This document shows, piece after piece, positions 13,418 to 26,234 of a DNA stretch of 64,000 nucleotides. The stretch is from Octopus sinensis (Eukaryota). The notes under the pieces were generated by a model. The model worked only from the letters and a program-made list of their open reading frames with translations. It was not told the DNA's origin and searched no databases. A program made the position numbers and the translations under genes. The stretch covers positions 28,458,001 through 28,522,000 of the forward strand of contig NC_043015.1 in assembly GCF_006345805.1 (NCBI RefSeq), given 5' to 3'. Position 1 is the stretch's first letter; each line of letters opens with the position of its first letter.

Positions 13418-14284
13418 GGTATTATATCTTACTGAAAGAAAGACGTGTATTAAATACGATTTATGGGACTTTGAGTGCTCAGATCCAAGGGAAGTAACTC
13501 TGAATTAAAGACTTATAATTAAAGGGAGGCAATAATTTATCTTTCATTTTACGTATTATGAGCGGCTGTACCAGGCATTACAGGGGTTTATTAATATATA
13601 AAAAAACTAGCTGTATAGCCCGGCGTTGCTCGGGTTTGTTTCGACCCTTTAGACTTGGAATTTTTGAAAAGTAAAAATTTTGCATTAAGAAGCTTGTTAT
13701 TCTCTTTAAGTGAACATTTTTCTGGTTGAAATACACCGAAAAATGGCGACACAGCAGTAAAAAAGTCGTAAAAAATAGGGATGTTCATAAAAAAAAAGCA
13801 CCTTTTTGATGTAAATAATTTTTGGTGTTAACATGGTCCGATTTGAATTTTATCTTCTACACAATGAAGAGCAAGCCTTCTTCTATCATACTCTCAATTT
13901 TGGTCAACTTGTGCTGCAGTTATATGCTTGAAAATATAGTAATTTGAAAAAAAAAAATTTATAGTTTACCAAAATAACTTAGTCTTTATTAAACTAGTGT
14001 TTAAGGCAGTGAGCTGGCAGAATTGTTAGCATGCTGGACCAAATGCTTAGTGGCAATTTGTTCATCCTTATGTTCTGAGTTCAAATTCCACCAAGGTCAA
14101 CTTGGCCTTTCATCCTTTCTGAATTGATGAAATAAGTACTCGTTATGCATTGGGGGTTTGATGTAATTGTCTAGCTAGCTCTTTCCTTCAAAATTTCGGG
14201 TCCTGTGCATATAGCAGAAAGGATCATTAAACTGGTATTTGAAATATTCATTAACAAGACATTTTGATAGAACAATTTAATTTA

Positions 14285-14517
14285 GCAGCGTGGAAGGTGT
14301 TTGTAAGCCATTTAAGAAACACACAAAAACCGTTCGATTCACTTCAACATTTAAGTTTAATTTGTCAAAATATTTTCATCGCTTTAAGACCGTGACTGTT
14401 CACTGCAGCACGGTCTAAAGCGACGAAAATATTTTGACAAATTAAACTTAAATGTTGAAGTGAATCGAACGGTTTTTGTGTGTTTCTTAAATGGCTTACA
14501 AACACCTTCCACGCTGC
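14285..14517. repeat. Fold-back palindrome with ~110-bp arms
   Basis: gcagcgtggaaggtgtttg...caaacaccttccacgctgc, near-perfect. Confidence 0.9.
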
Positions 14518-15522
14518 AATTGTTTTCGTTTCAGCACACGATCTCAGATCAAATCACTTGCTATGCGAGTACATCTCTGTAATTTAATTTAGACCATTTT
14601 AAAGCAGGAATTTTGTATCACGGAACCAAAGGAAGTCTCGGGAGGGCTGGTATTAAAAGTGCCCGTTGGATTTTAGCATCTACCTTGCCAGAATGATGAT
14701 TCACGGTTACTAAGGATTAAAAGAGGAGATGAAAATGAAAGATTTAATTATCTTATTTTATTCAAAAAAAAAAAAGCACATTGTAGAGGAACAAATAACA
14801 ATATATGTATGAATGTTTAAATGTTAAAATAATATAAAACAATGTTTATTTATTCCAAAATTTTGTCCAGACCCTTTATGTTTTTCAATACATACTTTAA
14901 TAACTTTAAAAAAATTATTTACTGTAGATAAATCTTTCTCATAACAAGGCAGACCTCTTTAAGGGTGGCGTTAGGATTGAAAAGGTAGGGACAGATTTGC
15001 AACATTTACTAAAATTGGGAGGGGTGGTTTCAAGGCATTTAAACTTGCCTAACACCATAGTGCAAAAACACAAAAAAAACAAACAAACAAACAAAAAACA
15101 ACAAAAAAAAAGCAAAACAAAGAACAAAAAACAATCCCCTTTTTCCCTGCAAAAACACTAAGTCTGTTTTATTTTCTCATAAATAAAAAAATTGTGATGG
15201 GGAAATGAAGGTTGCACAAAAAAATTTTGCTAACAATTTTAGGTGAACTGTGGTAGTTGCCACTTTGAAAATCTCTGCTTCAGACTGTGTTGCATCTGTT
15301 AATGCTGAGATCCATCAATCAGCTCTGCATCCAATGGACGTATTCTGATGTTTCTAATAAAGCTTCATTTGTTTGCCTATGTTTTCCAATAAACTCTGCT
15401 TAGTTATCCTTGGTTTTCATTTCTTTTTCCTGAATTTTTCCAATTGTTAAAATAAAAATAATTTATAGACACTTTAGCAATACTAAAATACTAATCACAC
15501 TCAGCTCTTATATCAATGTATA

Positions 15523-15591
15523 TTAAATATTTAAACTTTTCCAAGGATCAGGTTTGATTTTTGCGAGAATTTCAGTATAGACAGTCGTGAT
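15523..15591 (-). CDS. TEX11: TEX11 terminal exon ITTVYTEILAKIKPDPWKSLNI*
   Basis: ttttcaatttcag acceptor, phase 0, TAA stop. Confidence 0.8.
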   Translation of the reverse strand: MTTVYTEILAKIKPDPWKSLNI

Positions 15592-15844
15592 CTGAAATTG
15601 AAAATAAATCGAAATTAAGATTTAGAAACTCTCATAAAGTTATAGGTTTCGGAATGATTCTAATTCAACAAATATTAATTTTTGTAAAATAAAATTTTGT
15701 CATTGAAGATAAAATTAGATAAAAATTAACATTGGGTTGTCTATATGAATTTGCTTTCGTGTAATTCTTTATTGCTGATGTGTGAAGAATGTGTGATTTT
15801 AAAATATTTTAGAATCACACCCAAACTGTTAAAGAATAACCTAC

Positions 15845-15938
15845 TTGTTTTTCATAAGTATTTTTCAATGTTGATAAATGCCTCTGGAATTTCATACCAA
15901 GTGCACACCATTTTTCTGCTTCGACAAAATTACCAGAA
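15845..15938 (-). CDS. TEX11: TEX11 exon (2/0) SGNFVEAEKWCALGMKFQRHLSTLKNTYEKQ
   Basis: cttcacag / gtaggt; AEKWC.L and HL...K..YE.Q motifs. Confidence 0.93.
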
Positions 15939-17049
15939 CTGTGAAGATAAATGACATTATATTACATAAATATATTCTCTCATATAAATAATAATCTATT
16001 AAAAAAACATAGACAACTATAAGTGCAGGCATGGCTCTGTGGTAAGAAGCTCACTGGGTGGTACCTTGATCAAGTGTCTTCTACTATAGCCCTGGGATGA
16101 CCAAAGCCTTACGAGTGGATTTGGTAGATGGAAACAAAGAAACTTGTTGTATATCCACTCAGAACTAAACTAATAGCTTAGGAATGAAATTTAGGATTTC
16201 TTGGTTTTCTGTGAATCATCATCATCATCATCATTTAGTGTCCGCTTTCCATGCTAGCATGGGTTGGACGGTTCAACTGGGGTCTGGGAAGCCAGAAGGC
16301 TGCACCAGGCTCCAGTCTGATCTGGCAGTGTTTCTACAGCTGGATGCCCTTCCTAACGCCAACCACTCCGTGAGTGTAGTGGGTGCTTTTTTACGTGCCA
16401 CCGGCACAGGTGCTACACGAGGCTGGCAAACGGCCACGATCGGATGGTGCTTTTTATGTGCCACCGGCAGGGGGCCAGGCGAGGTTGGCAAACGGCCATG
16501 ATCGGATGGTGCTTTTTACGTGCCACCGGCACAGACAACTATAGGTGCAGGCATGGCTCTGTGGTAAGAAGCTCACTTTGCAACCATATGGTTTCAGGTT
16601 CAGTCCCACTGGGTGGTACCTTGATCATGTGTCTTCTACTATAGCCCTGGGATGACCAAAGCCTCATGAGTGGATTTGGTTGATGGAAACTGAAAGAAGC
16701 TTGCAGTATGTGTATGTTTGTATGTATGTATATATATGTCCTGTTTTCCATTTTTCTCTCTCGTTGTTTGCAAATTTAACTCATTTGTTTCCGTATGTTG
16801 GGTCCTTGAGCAAGACACTTTATTTCACGTTGTTCCTGTCCACTCAGTTGGCAAAACTGAGTAGCTCCTGTATTTCAAAAGAGCCAGCCATGTCACATCC
16901 TGTGTCACGCTGAATCTCCCCAAGAACTACGTTAAGGGTACACGTGTCTGTGGAGTGCTCAGCCACTTGCACGTTAAATATCACGAGCAGGCTGTTCCAT
17001 TGAGCGGATCAACTGGAACCCCTATTGTTGGAGTGTCAGCTATATATAT

Positions 17050-17094
17050 ATCTTTGTCATCATCATCATCGTTGTCGTCGTTGTCGTCATCATT

Positions 17095-17137
<43 letters not shown>

Positions 17138-17388
17138 ACATCGTCATCATCATCAACATCATCATCATCATCATCATCGTCAGCATCATCGTCAGCATCA
17201 TCGTCAGCATCATCACATCATCATCATCATCATCATCATCATTGTCGTCATCATCATCATCGTCATCATTGTCATCATCATCCACGTCATCATCATCATC
17301 ACCATCTACGTCGTCATCATCATCACCATCATCGTCATCATCATCATCACCATCATCGTCATCATCATCATCACCATCACCGTCGTCG

Positions 17389-17434
<46 letters not shown>

Positions 17435-17435
17435 T
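17050..17435. repeat. (CAT)n/(CGT) trinucleotide microsatellite
   Basis: Direct reading; abuts a family C SINE tail. Confidence 0.95.
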
Positions 17436-18720
17436 TAATGTTTGCTTTCCATGCTGACATAGGTCGGATAGTTTGACAGGATCCGTTGATCAGCATGATT
17501 GCATTTAAACTCCAGTGCTGCTTTAGCATGGTTTCTATGCCTGGACGCCCTTCCTAACACCGACCATTTTATATGATGTGTACTGTGGCACCAGCACTAG
17601 TGAGTTTGCCTCGGTACCTCAAGACAAGAAAAGAAAAAACATTCTCTACTGAATGGGAGTTCGTTTGAGACAGGAAGAGGTGACTTTATGCCAGGCGTTG
17701 AGGATTATGATAGAGGGACAAGCACAAGAATTTTGTTAAGAAGTGATACATCGCTACCTTGCAGTACATATATATATATATTCTTGTTACTTGTGAGTAT
17801 ACCCTAGCACTACACCATCTCTCTTCTGCTTTCTCTCTCTCTCTCACTAGGTAACCGCGTACCTCCTCTATAGCAAGACACCTATTTCTGCCTCTCTATC
17901 TCACTGTTACGCTCTAACCTTTCATCATTTGATACTGGATCACCTCCTTTAATGACCCTTCTGTTGTGGCAAGGCACCTGCTTCTGTCTGTCTGTTTCTT
18001 TGTCACACTCAAACCGAAATGCCCTGCCCTTGTCTTGTGAGTAACTTGGTTACCCTGCCAGTGGTGGTGCCATGTAAAAAGCACTGAAGCACTGAGTCCA
18101 CTCCGTGGAGTGGTTGGCATTAGGAAGGGCATCCAGTCGTAATATCCCTGCCAAAACAGACACAGTGGCTTTGAGTGGATTTTCTACCTGGCTGGCTCCT
18201 GTGAACCATCCTACCCATGCATGCATGGAAGATCAACATTAAACAATGATGATACACACACACACGACACACATACATATATGTATATATGTGTGTGTGT
18301 GTGTGTATGTATGTGTATATGTATATATATCAATGCAATCTCATAAGAAACATTAAGAAAATCAATATAAATATTTCTATGATATCAGGAGTTCAAAGAC
18401 CCTGCATAGTTTTTTTACTTCTTGTATTGAATTGTCCTCGAATCTATCAGAGTTTGAAATTTTTCATGAAAATAGCATTATGAAAGTGATATTTATTTAT
18501 TATCAAATCTTTATAATCTGATAACAAACCAGTATTATTCTTCCAAATCTTTCTAAATTCCTAAAGTGGTGTATTTGTCATCATATTTCTTTTTTACAAT
18601 TAATAGGAATTAATCTTATTGACTCTAACAATATATAAGTTCCTCTAATGGAAAGATTTTGAATATAAACTGTTTGGAAATAGAACTGTGAAATTCAGAG
18701 AGGCAAAGATCTTTTATTAC

Positions 18721-18791
18721 CTGTAGAAACATATTCCAAAATTCCAAGCTTTGGACATCAACCAAAGAATTTCCACTTCAGGATATTTATC
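18721..18791 (-). CDS. TEX11: TEX11 exon (0/2) DKYPEVEILWLMSKAWNFGICFY
   Basis: tttccattag / gtaata; YPE.EILWLM.K.WN.G motif. Confidence 0.95.
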
Positions 18792-19655
18792 CTAATGGAA
18801 ACATATTTAAAAAAAAAAAAAACATAGTAAGGAATTAGCCAAGAAAAAAAAGTAAGTAAAATATGTAAGTAATTAGCCAAGAAGAAAAAACAAAAACAAA
18901 CAGGTATACAGTTCTATGAACATTTCAGGTATTCATTATTTCTCTCTAGAAAAAGGCAATGAGCTGGTAGAATCGTTAGCAAGCCAGGTGAAATGCTTAG
19001 TGGTATTTCGCCTGTCTTTACGTTCTGAGTTCAAATTCCGCCGAGGTCAACTTTGCCTTTCATCCTTTCAGGGTCGATATATTAAATTAAGTACCAGTTA
19101 CGTACTGGGGATTGATCTAATTGACTGCCTCCCCCGCCCCCAATTTCAGGCCTTGTGCCTATAGTAGATTTTTCATATCCCTCCCAAATTTATTGCATTT
19201 TTAATGCAGCACATCCATAAGAGATGTTATTTTAAGATGAATACTGCAATAAGTGGTCTATAAACAGTGTATATACATTAAGTATGATATATAGATGGCT
19301 ATTATTAACTAGAGATTAATTTTTTTTTTTTAGTAGGGGAATTGAACTGGTTTTCGTTGGTTTGTGAACCACAGCATAATAATCTGTAACCCTAATATTA
19401 CATATAATCCTCCACCTCCCCCCTTCTCTCCTCCTCCTCTCCCTCCTCCTCTCCCTCCTCCTCCTCCTTCCTCCTCCTCCTTCCTCCTCCTCCTCCCTCC
19501 TCCTATCCCTTCTCCTCCTCCTCCTCATCATCATCACCATCACAATCACCATTGCTGCCACTGCTGATGCTGCCACCATCATTATTGCTGCCCTCACCAC
19601 CATCACCACCACCATCATCATTACCTTGATATTTGAGTAGAATTGATATATATAT

Positions 19656-19687
<32 letters not shown>

Positions 19688-19688
<1 letters not shown>

Positions 19689-19912
19689 GTAATACTAAGC
19701 AATAAAGGGTTTAGCAACGAGTTGCCTTACCACATACCGAATTTAGAAATAGCAGTCAAAGAGTTATAGCTATTTCTTCTACTAAAAAGGGAGATCTCAG
19801 TAAAAGATCTCCCTTTTAGTAGAAGAAATAGCTATAACTCTTTGACTGCTATTTCTAAATTCGGTATGTGGTAAGGCAACTCGTTGCTAAACCTTTATTG
19901 CTTAGTATTACT
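19688..19912. repeat. Near-perfect 225-bp palindrome in a TEX11 intron
   Basis: ~110-bp arms with a 7-nt loop cagtaaa. Confidence 0.92.
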
Positions 19913-20007
19913 TAAATTCTCCTCGAATGAGGCTTTTACATGCCGAAGACTACTTGGTGTTATTGATAATATTCCAAATTAATTAATTCACCCTTCATTA
20001 TTACGGA

Positions 20008-20074
<67 letters not shown>

Positions 20075-20083
20075 ATGACTGAC

Positions 20084-20227
20084 CTTTGCCTTTTGTTCGA
20101 TGAATTCGAAAACTTCTTCAAAATATGTAAAGAGATCATTTTGCGTTGCACCAATATTTGAGTTTCCGAAATGTGATGACCTCCAGTTTGGGCAAAACAC
20201 AACTCTATTATGCTGTGGAAGTTTTTA
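20084..20227 (-). CDS. TEX11: TEX11 exon with an apparent 1-nt frameshift (KNFHSIIELCFAQTG / ...NDLFTYFEEVFEFIEQKAK)
   Basis: aaactccag / gtcagt; 144 nt, but it must enter in phase 2 and leave in phase 0. The 5' and 3' homology lie in different frames. Confidence 0.8.
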
Positions 20228-20286
20228 CTGGAGTTTATAAGAAATTAAACAAAATGTATTTGATAAATAAACATGTCAAACAAATG

Positions 20287-20332
<46 letters not shown>

Positions 20333-20536
20333 TATACACATTTACACACATTCACTCACACATACACACACATGCAAGCACACACAAATTCAGATATAAA
20401 TATTTACACACACAAACTTAAGTATACACATTGTACACACAGACCTACGCACATACACATGCCAAGATTAAAAATGCAAAAACACAATCAAAATATAATA
20501 ATGAAGAAAACGGATTAACGAGCTTAATGGGCTATG

Positions 20537-20924
20537 GATGGAAGCACTCCATCGGTTACGACGACGAGGGTTCCGGTTGATCCGAATCAACGGAACAGCC
20601 TGCTCGTGAAATTAACGTGTAAGTGGCTGAGCACTCCACAGACACGTGTACCCTTAACGTAGTTCTCGGGGATATTCAGCGTGACACAGAGAGTGACAAG
20701 GCTGGCCCTTTGAAATACAGGTACAACAGAAACAGGAAGTAAGAGTGAGAGAAAGTTGTGGTGAAAGAGTACAGCAGGGATCACCACCATCCCCTGCCGG
20801 AGCCTCGTGGAGCTTTTAGGTGTTTTCGCTCAATAAACACTCACAACGCCCGGTCTGGGAATCGAAACCGCAATCCTATGACCGCGAGTCCGCTGCCCTA
20901 ACCACTGGGCCATTGTGCCTCCAC
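20537..20924 (-). mobile_element. SINE family D (tRNA head GTGGAGGCGCAATGGCCCAGTGG)
   Basis: A and B boxes, TSD aatgggctatg; other copies at 35580-35885 (-, TSD tacaatttatta) and 63883-64000 (+, runs off window). Confidence 0.85.
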
Positions 20925-20988
20925 AATGGGCTATGAAAGTAAATAATGATAGGAAAGATTGGTGAATGTCAAAGGTTTATCAACCTAC

Positions 20989-21097
20989 CTTACAGCCATA
21001 AAATCAGGTAAACTTGATTGTAGATGTTTCCTCAATGCTAATTTTAAGGCTCTAATGCTGAGATTTTTATAATTAGCTGGAGGGTCAACTGCTAAAG
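20989..21097 (-). CDS. TEX11: TEX11 exon (1/2) LAVDPPANYKNLSIRALKLALRKHLQSSLPDFMAV
   Basis: ttatag / gtaggt; PA.Y and ALK.AL motifs. Confidence 0.9.
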
Positions 21098-21681
21098 CTA
21101 TAATTAAGGATTAGAAAAATTATATACATGCATGCATATATACATATACATATGTGTGTGTGTGTGTGTGTGTATTATATGCAGTATAACAAGCACAGAC
21201 ATGGCTATGTTATTAAGAAGTTTGTTTCCCAGTCATGTTGTCTTAGGTTCAATCAGTACCTTGGGTAAATGTATTCTACTACAGCCCTGGGTCAGTCAAA
21301 GCCTTGTGAGAAAGATATATATATACATATATACAACGGGCTTCTTTCAGTTTCTGTCTACCAAATCCACTCACAAGGCTTTGGTTGGCCCGAGACTATA
21401 GTAGAAGACACTTGCTCAAGGTGCCAGGCAGTGGGACTGAACCTGGAACCATGTGGTTGGTAAGCAAGCTACTTACCACACAGCCCCCTCCTGCGCCTTT
21501 CATTAACCAGAATCCAAAACTTTGTATTTTATAAAATGAATACCGGGTCAATATATGTGCTCCACCTGGGACTTTGCTACAGTGTATAGAATAAACAAAA
21601 CTGGCTTTGTTATATATTTAAGTTAACCAAAAAAACACTATCTTTCAATTTCACTACACTGTAATAGTATCTGATACTAAC

Positions 21682-21834
21682 CAGCTATTGTTTCAAACAT
21701 TTTTGCATCACTGTAAGGCATCATTACTGCTCTTTCGAGAACTGATTCCAGTATTGGATCTTTCAGTTTGGCTCTGGATTCAAACTCATATAAAAGAAGT
21801 AATTTATTAACAGTATCTTTTTTATTTTCATTAT
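21682..21834 (-). CDS. TEX11: TEX11 exon (1/1) [30 protein letters not shown]...KMFETIA
   Basis: Poly-T cag / gttagt; [18 protein letters not shown] motif. Confidence 0.95.
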
Positions 21835-21950
21835 CTGAAAAAAAAAAAAAAAAATTCAGGAAAAAGGAAATACCAGGAATTAGAATGTAGATATAGAATC
21901 AAGAAAAAGGTGTTTAATGTAGCCCTTGAAAAAACTAGCTATAAAATTAA

Positions 21951-22258
21951 CCCCTTACCCAACAATTATTTTGAAAATAAATGTATTTTTTCAGACATAT
22001 TTTTTAATTGTTTTATTTTACTATGTTTTGAATGGTGATTTCGAGGTATATTTCAAACCTTATTTATTATGAATTTTAATTCAATAATATTGATTTTAAA
22101 TTACCGCTTTGGGCAGAAACGAGTTAACCCGTTTTTAGACGAAAGAACTCGTTTGCTGTCGATTTTGGCGAGTCTATCTTTTGACGAGTTAACTCGCCAG
22201 AGATAGAAAAAAACGATTTCGGTCAAAACGCATATATTCGTTTCTGCCGGGTAAGGGG
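21951..22258. mobile_element. TTAA-flanked piggyBac-like MITE
   Basis: TTAA-CCCCTTACCC...GGGTAAGGGG-TTAA. Confidence 0.75.
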
Positions 22259-22409
22259 TTAAGACATAAGATCAAAGAATTGAACAATATAAGATCAGTA
22301 GATTGTTCTAACGGGATCAGAAAAGGGTTTATCAGCAGTTGGACAGGAAGGTTAACAGCAGCAAGAAATATGATGCTGAAGAAAGAGGTTTTGGAGTAAC
22401 ATCTGAGAT

Positions 22410-22600
22410 AATAATAATAATAATAAAACATTGTGTACAGTGCTCAGGTGCACTACAACTCATCTAAAGTGTATATATAATCAGGTGTAGTTTCGGCGGA
22501 TTTCGGAAAGCATGAGGGCCTTAAAGGATGCAGTGTCATGGCAGTCAACAACTGATGCAGGCAGTTTATTCCATGCTTCAGCAACTCTGAGCATGAAAAA
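22410..22600 (-). mobile_element. CR1/L2-like LINE 3' fragment
   Basis: FFMLRVAEAWNKLPASVV...FK motif with an (ATT)n tail; same family as 60700-61497. Confidence 0.75.
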
Positions 22601-24028
22601 ATGGAAAGGATCATAAGAAAGATGCTGAATGGCTGAAGGAATTAAGATCGGAGAGAAATGGAGTAAAATAGAATAATATAAAGGTAACAGCCGAAATGGT
22701 GACTGAGCAGACAACAAAAGTTCCAAACTAGAAATGTCCAAGTGTACTGGATGAAAAATTTCCCAGCTTTACACAAAAGAATAGTGGTGTAAATGGATGA
22801 AATGATCAACAATTGGGTGAAAATTCCAAAGTGGATGACCACAGGCGCAGGAGAGGCTGTGTGGTAAGTAGCTAGCTTACCAACCACATGGTTCTGGGTT
22901 CAGTCCCACTGCGTGGCACCTTGGGCAAGTGTTTTCTACTATAGCCTCGGGCCGACCAAAGCCTTGTGAGTGGATTTGGTAGACAGAAACTGAAAGAAGC
23001 CCATCGTATATATGTATATATATATATGCGTATGTGTGTTTGTGTGTCTGTGTTTGTCCCCCTAGCATTTCTTGACAACCGATGCTGGTGTGTTTACGTC
23101 CCGTAACTTAGCGGTTCGGCAAAGGGGACTGATAGAATAAGTACTAGGCTTACAAAGAATAAGTCCTGGGGTCGATTTGCTCGACTAAAGGCGGTGCTCC
23201 AGCATGGCCGCAGTCAAATGACCGAAACAAGTAAAAGAGTAAAAAAGAGAGAGAGAGAAAATAGTTCTTGGCCAAAAGGACCCTGGTAAAGGTAATGTAA
23301 TGGATAATTACCAATCAATCTTCTGTTTACCTTTGAGGTAGAAGTTGACAGGAATAATATCTAATTGTATGTATAACTTCCTGGAAATGAATGATAAGCT
23401 ATCAGTTGGACAGAAGGGATGCTGGAGGAAAAGCCAAGGGACAAAGTATTAAATTCTGATAGATATAATGGCACTGAATGACTGTAAGATAAGACATGCT
23501 AATCTGCATATGTTGAGGATTGGTTTATAAGAAAGCTTACAACTGATCCCTTATTCTTGGATTTTAGGAAGTCTTGTACATGCAAGTGCTACCAGTCAAA
23601 AGCTCCATATACCGGAAGCCAGCAAGTGTATGGGGTCATCAGGAGAGAATGCGTGCCGTTTCGGGGGCTACCTCTCGACGGCATCAATGCGCCCCCCCCT
23701 CACTGATACGAGGCCCCGCTTGCTAGATCAGCTGGTTATGAAGAACTCAATATACTTCTAGCCATCGCTCATCGTCTCTTTTTAACCCAATCCAGTGGCT
23801 AGCCTTCTCCACTGTAGATTGGATATCAGTCATGGTGGTATAACATTTTGAATTTTATTAGGAGATAGATGAAGGATTGGAATAGAGAATTAACATCATG
23901 TGGAGAATTTTCAGGGAGATAGTCTGTTAGCATTGCTGTTTGAGATTTGTATAATCTTCCGCACACAGATATTACAGAAAGTAACAACTGAATTTTTTAA
24001 AATTCCTTAAAAAAATAGGAGAACTCAC

Positions 24029-24116
24029 CGTTAGATATTAGTTTTTCACTGAGGATTTTATTACATACAATTCTACAACTGCTTACATAATTAAGGGCTT
24101 CAGTTAGTAGGGTGTT
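24029..24116 (-). CDS. TEX11: TEX11 exon (0/1) NTLLTEALNYVSSCRIVCNKILSEKLISN
   Basis: cttacag / gtgagt; phases fit. Confidence 0.87.
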
Positions 24117-24965
24117 CTGTAAGTAGTAAATACATATATAAAGTGAAAGTTACTTTTATTATCTGATATGTTGTCTGGATCCAAAAGGATAATTCTTCAG
24201 TATTCTTTACATAATTAAGCTAGCATAAAACTGTTTCTAATTTCTTGATGCAGGAGAAATAAAAAAAACAAAAACAAAGTTGGGTTCAGCAGAATTTGAT
24301 TCAGAACTGAGAGATAAATAATCCTTTCTACAAGGCCTGCAATTTTGGGGGAGTGGACCAGTCAATTTAATTGACCCCTGTGTTTCATTGATACTTGATT
24401 TATTGACACCGAAAGGATGAAAGGCAAAGACAACCTTGGTGGAATTAGAACTCAGAAAATAGTAGTAGATGAAATACCTATTTCTTTACTACCCACAAGG
24501 GGCTAAACACAGAGAGGACAAACAAGGACAGATAAACGGATTAAGTCGATTATATCGACCCCAGTGCATAACTGGTACTTATTTAATTGAACCCAGTGCA
24601 TAACTGGTACTTATTTAATCGACCCCAGTGCATAACTGGTACTTATTTAATCGACCCCGAAAGGATGAAAGGCAAAGTCGATGCTGGTAATGATCACACT
24701 CGAATTGTGCTTTTTATGTGCCACTGGCACAGAAGCCAGTTAGCTGCTCTGGCAATGATCACGCTCGGATGGTGCTCTTAGCGCTCCACTAGCACGGATT
24801 CCAGTCATCGAATTTGATTTCGATTTCACTTGCCTCACCAGGTCTTCGCAAGCAGAGTTTAGTGTCCAATGAAGGAAAGGTACGCACAAGTGGGCTGGTT
24901 ACACTTATCTTAGAAGATATTTTGAATCTTCCCTATGCAAGAGCACACAAGGAAACTGTTAAATA

Positions 24966-26234
24966 CGAGGGGCGTTCAATAAGTAATGCCCCTGACCCAC
25001 TTTCATTTGTTTGATCTAGCTGAAATTTTGCATGTGCAATTATTTATATCTCTATAGATTAAGTGGCAAATTACAGCTCTGAACTAATTGTGGTTTCTGA
25101 TTTACAGGTGTTTGAACTGAGTCAAGTGTGAAATGGAGCCTGTTGAGTGTCGAGCAGTGATTCGGTTTTTGTATTTGAAAGGACGCACACCACGGGAGAC
25201 TTTTGATGAAATGAAAGTAACTTATGGTGATGATGCCCCATCATATGACCTTGTAAAACGCTGGCATCATGAATTCAAACATGGTCGGAACTCTGTGGAA
25301 ACAGCTCCCAGATCTGGTCGCCCCCTTCTGCCATTGATGAGGCATCTCTCCGTCAAGTTGAGGCTGCCATTTCGGAAGATCGACGCATAACTATTCGCCA
25401 AATAGCCCATGAGGTCAAGATTAGTACCGGGTCTGTGGAAACTATCATTCATGACCATTTGCATATGAAAAAGGTGTCTGCCAGATGGATTCCCAGGTTG
25501 CTCACACCTTTCCAGAAGCAAGAACGCGTCGATTGCTCGAGGATGAATTTGGAGATGTGCCAAGAAGATGAGTCAATATTTTTCAAAAGACTGATTACAC
25601 AGGATGAAACCTGGGTCCATCACTATGATCCAGAGTCCAAAGCCCAGTCAATGCAGTGGAAGCACCGTGACTCACCTCCTCCAAAGAAGGCAAGGGTGCA
25701 GCCCTCCGCTGACAAGGTCAGGCTCACAGTCTTCTGGGACCAGGACGGAGTAGTGATGACAGATTTCCTGGCAAAGGTGTCACAATTACAGGAGTCTATT
25801 ATGCTTCACTTTTGAGGAAATTAAGAGAAGCTATCAAAATCAAGGCATCCTCCTCCTGCAGGACAACGCTCCGATCCACAACTCGCGTGTCGCCAGATCA
25901 GAAGCAGAGGCATGCAGCTATGAACTCATCCCCCATTCCCCCTACTCTCCTGACCTTGCACCCTCTGATTTTCACCTCTTGCCTGCCATGAAGTTGTTTT
26001 TGAAAGGAAAGCGTTTCCCAGATGATGCAGCCTTGATTTCTGAAGTCACGTCGTGGTTGGAGGACCAAGATGGGGTCTTCCACAAAAATGGTCTTCAGAG
26101 CTGCATCAAACGGTGGGAGAAATGCGTAACTCTGGGTGGTTCCTATGTATAAAAAGACTAATAACTGTGCCAAGTTTCGTTGCTCTACTGCTATGGGAAG
26201 TGGGCCAGGGGCATTACTTATTGAACGCCCCTTG
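24966..26234 (+). mobile_element. Full-length (1269 bp) decayed mariner (DD34D) transposon
   Basis: TA TSD; ~37-bp TIRs c(g/a)aggggcgttcaataagtaatgcccctg; frameshifted transposase from 25133 to ~26160 with RSGRP, ARWIP, TQDETW, QDNA and PYSPDLAPSDF motifs. Confidence 0.95.

Noticed and set aside
16955-17476. Poly-His/Ser/Ile ORFs (also 6064, 6744, 19316, 40636)
   Set aside because: (CAT)n and (CCT)n microsatellites, often SINE tails; no splice or homology support
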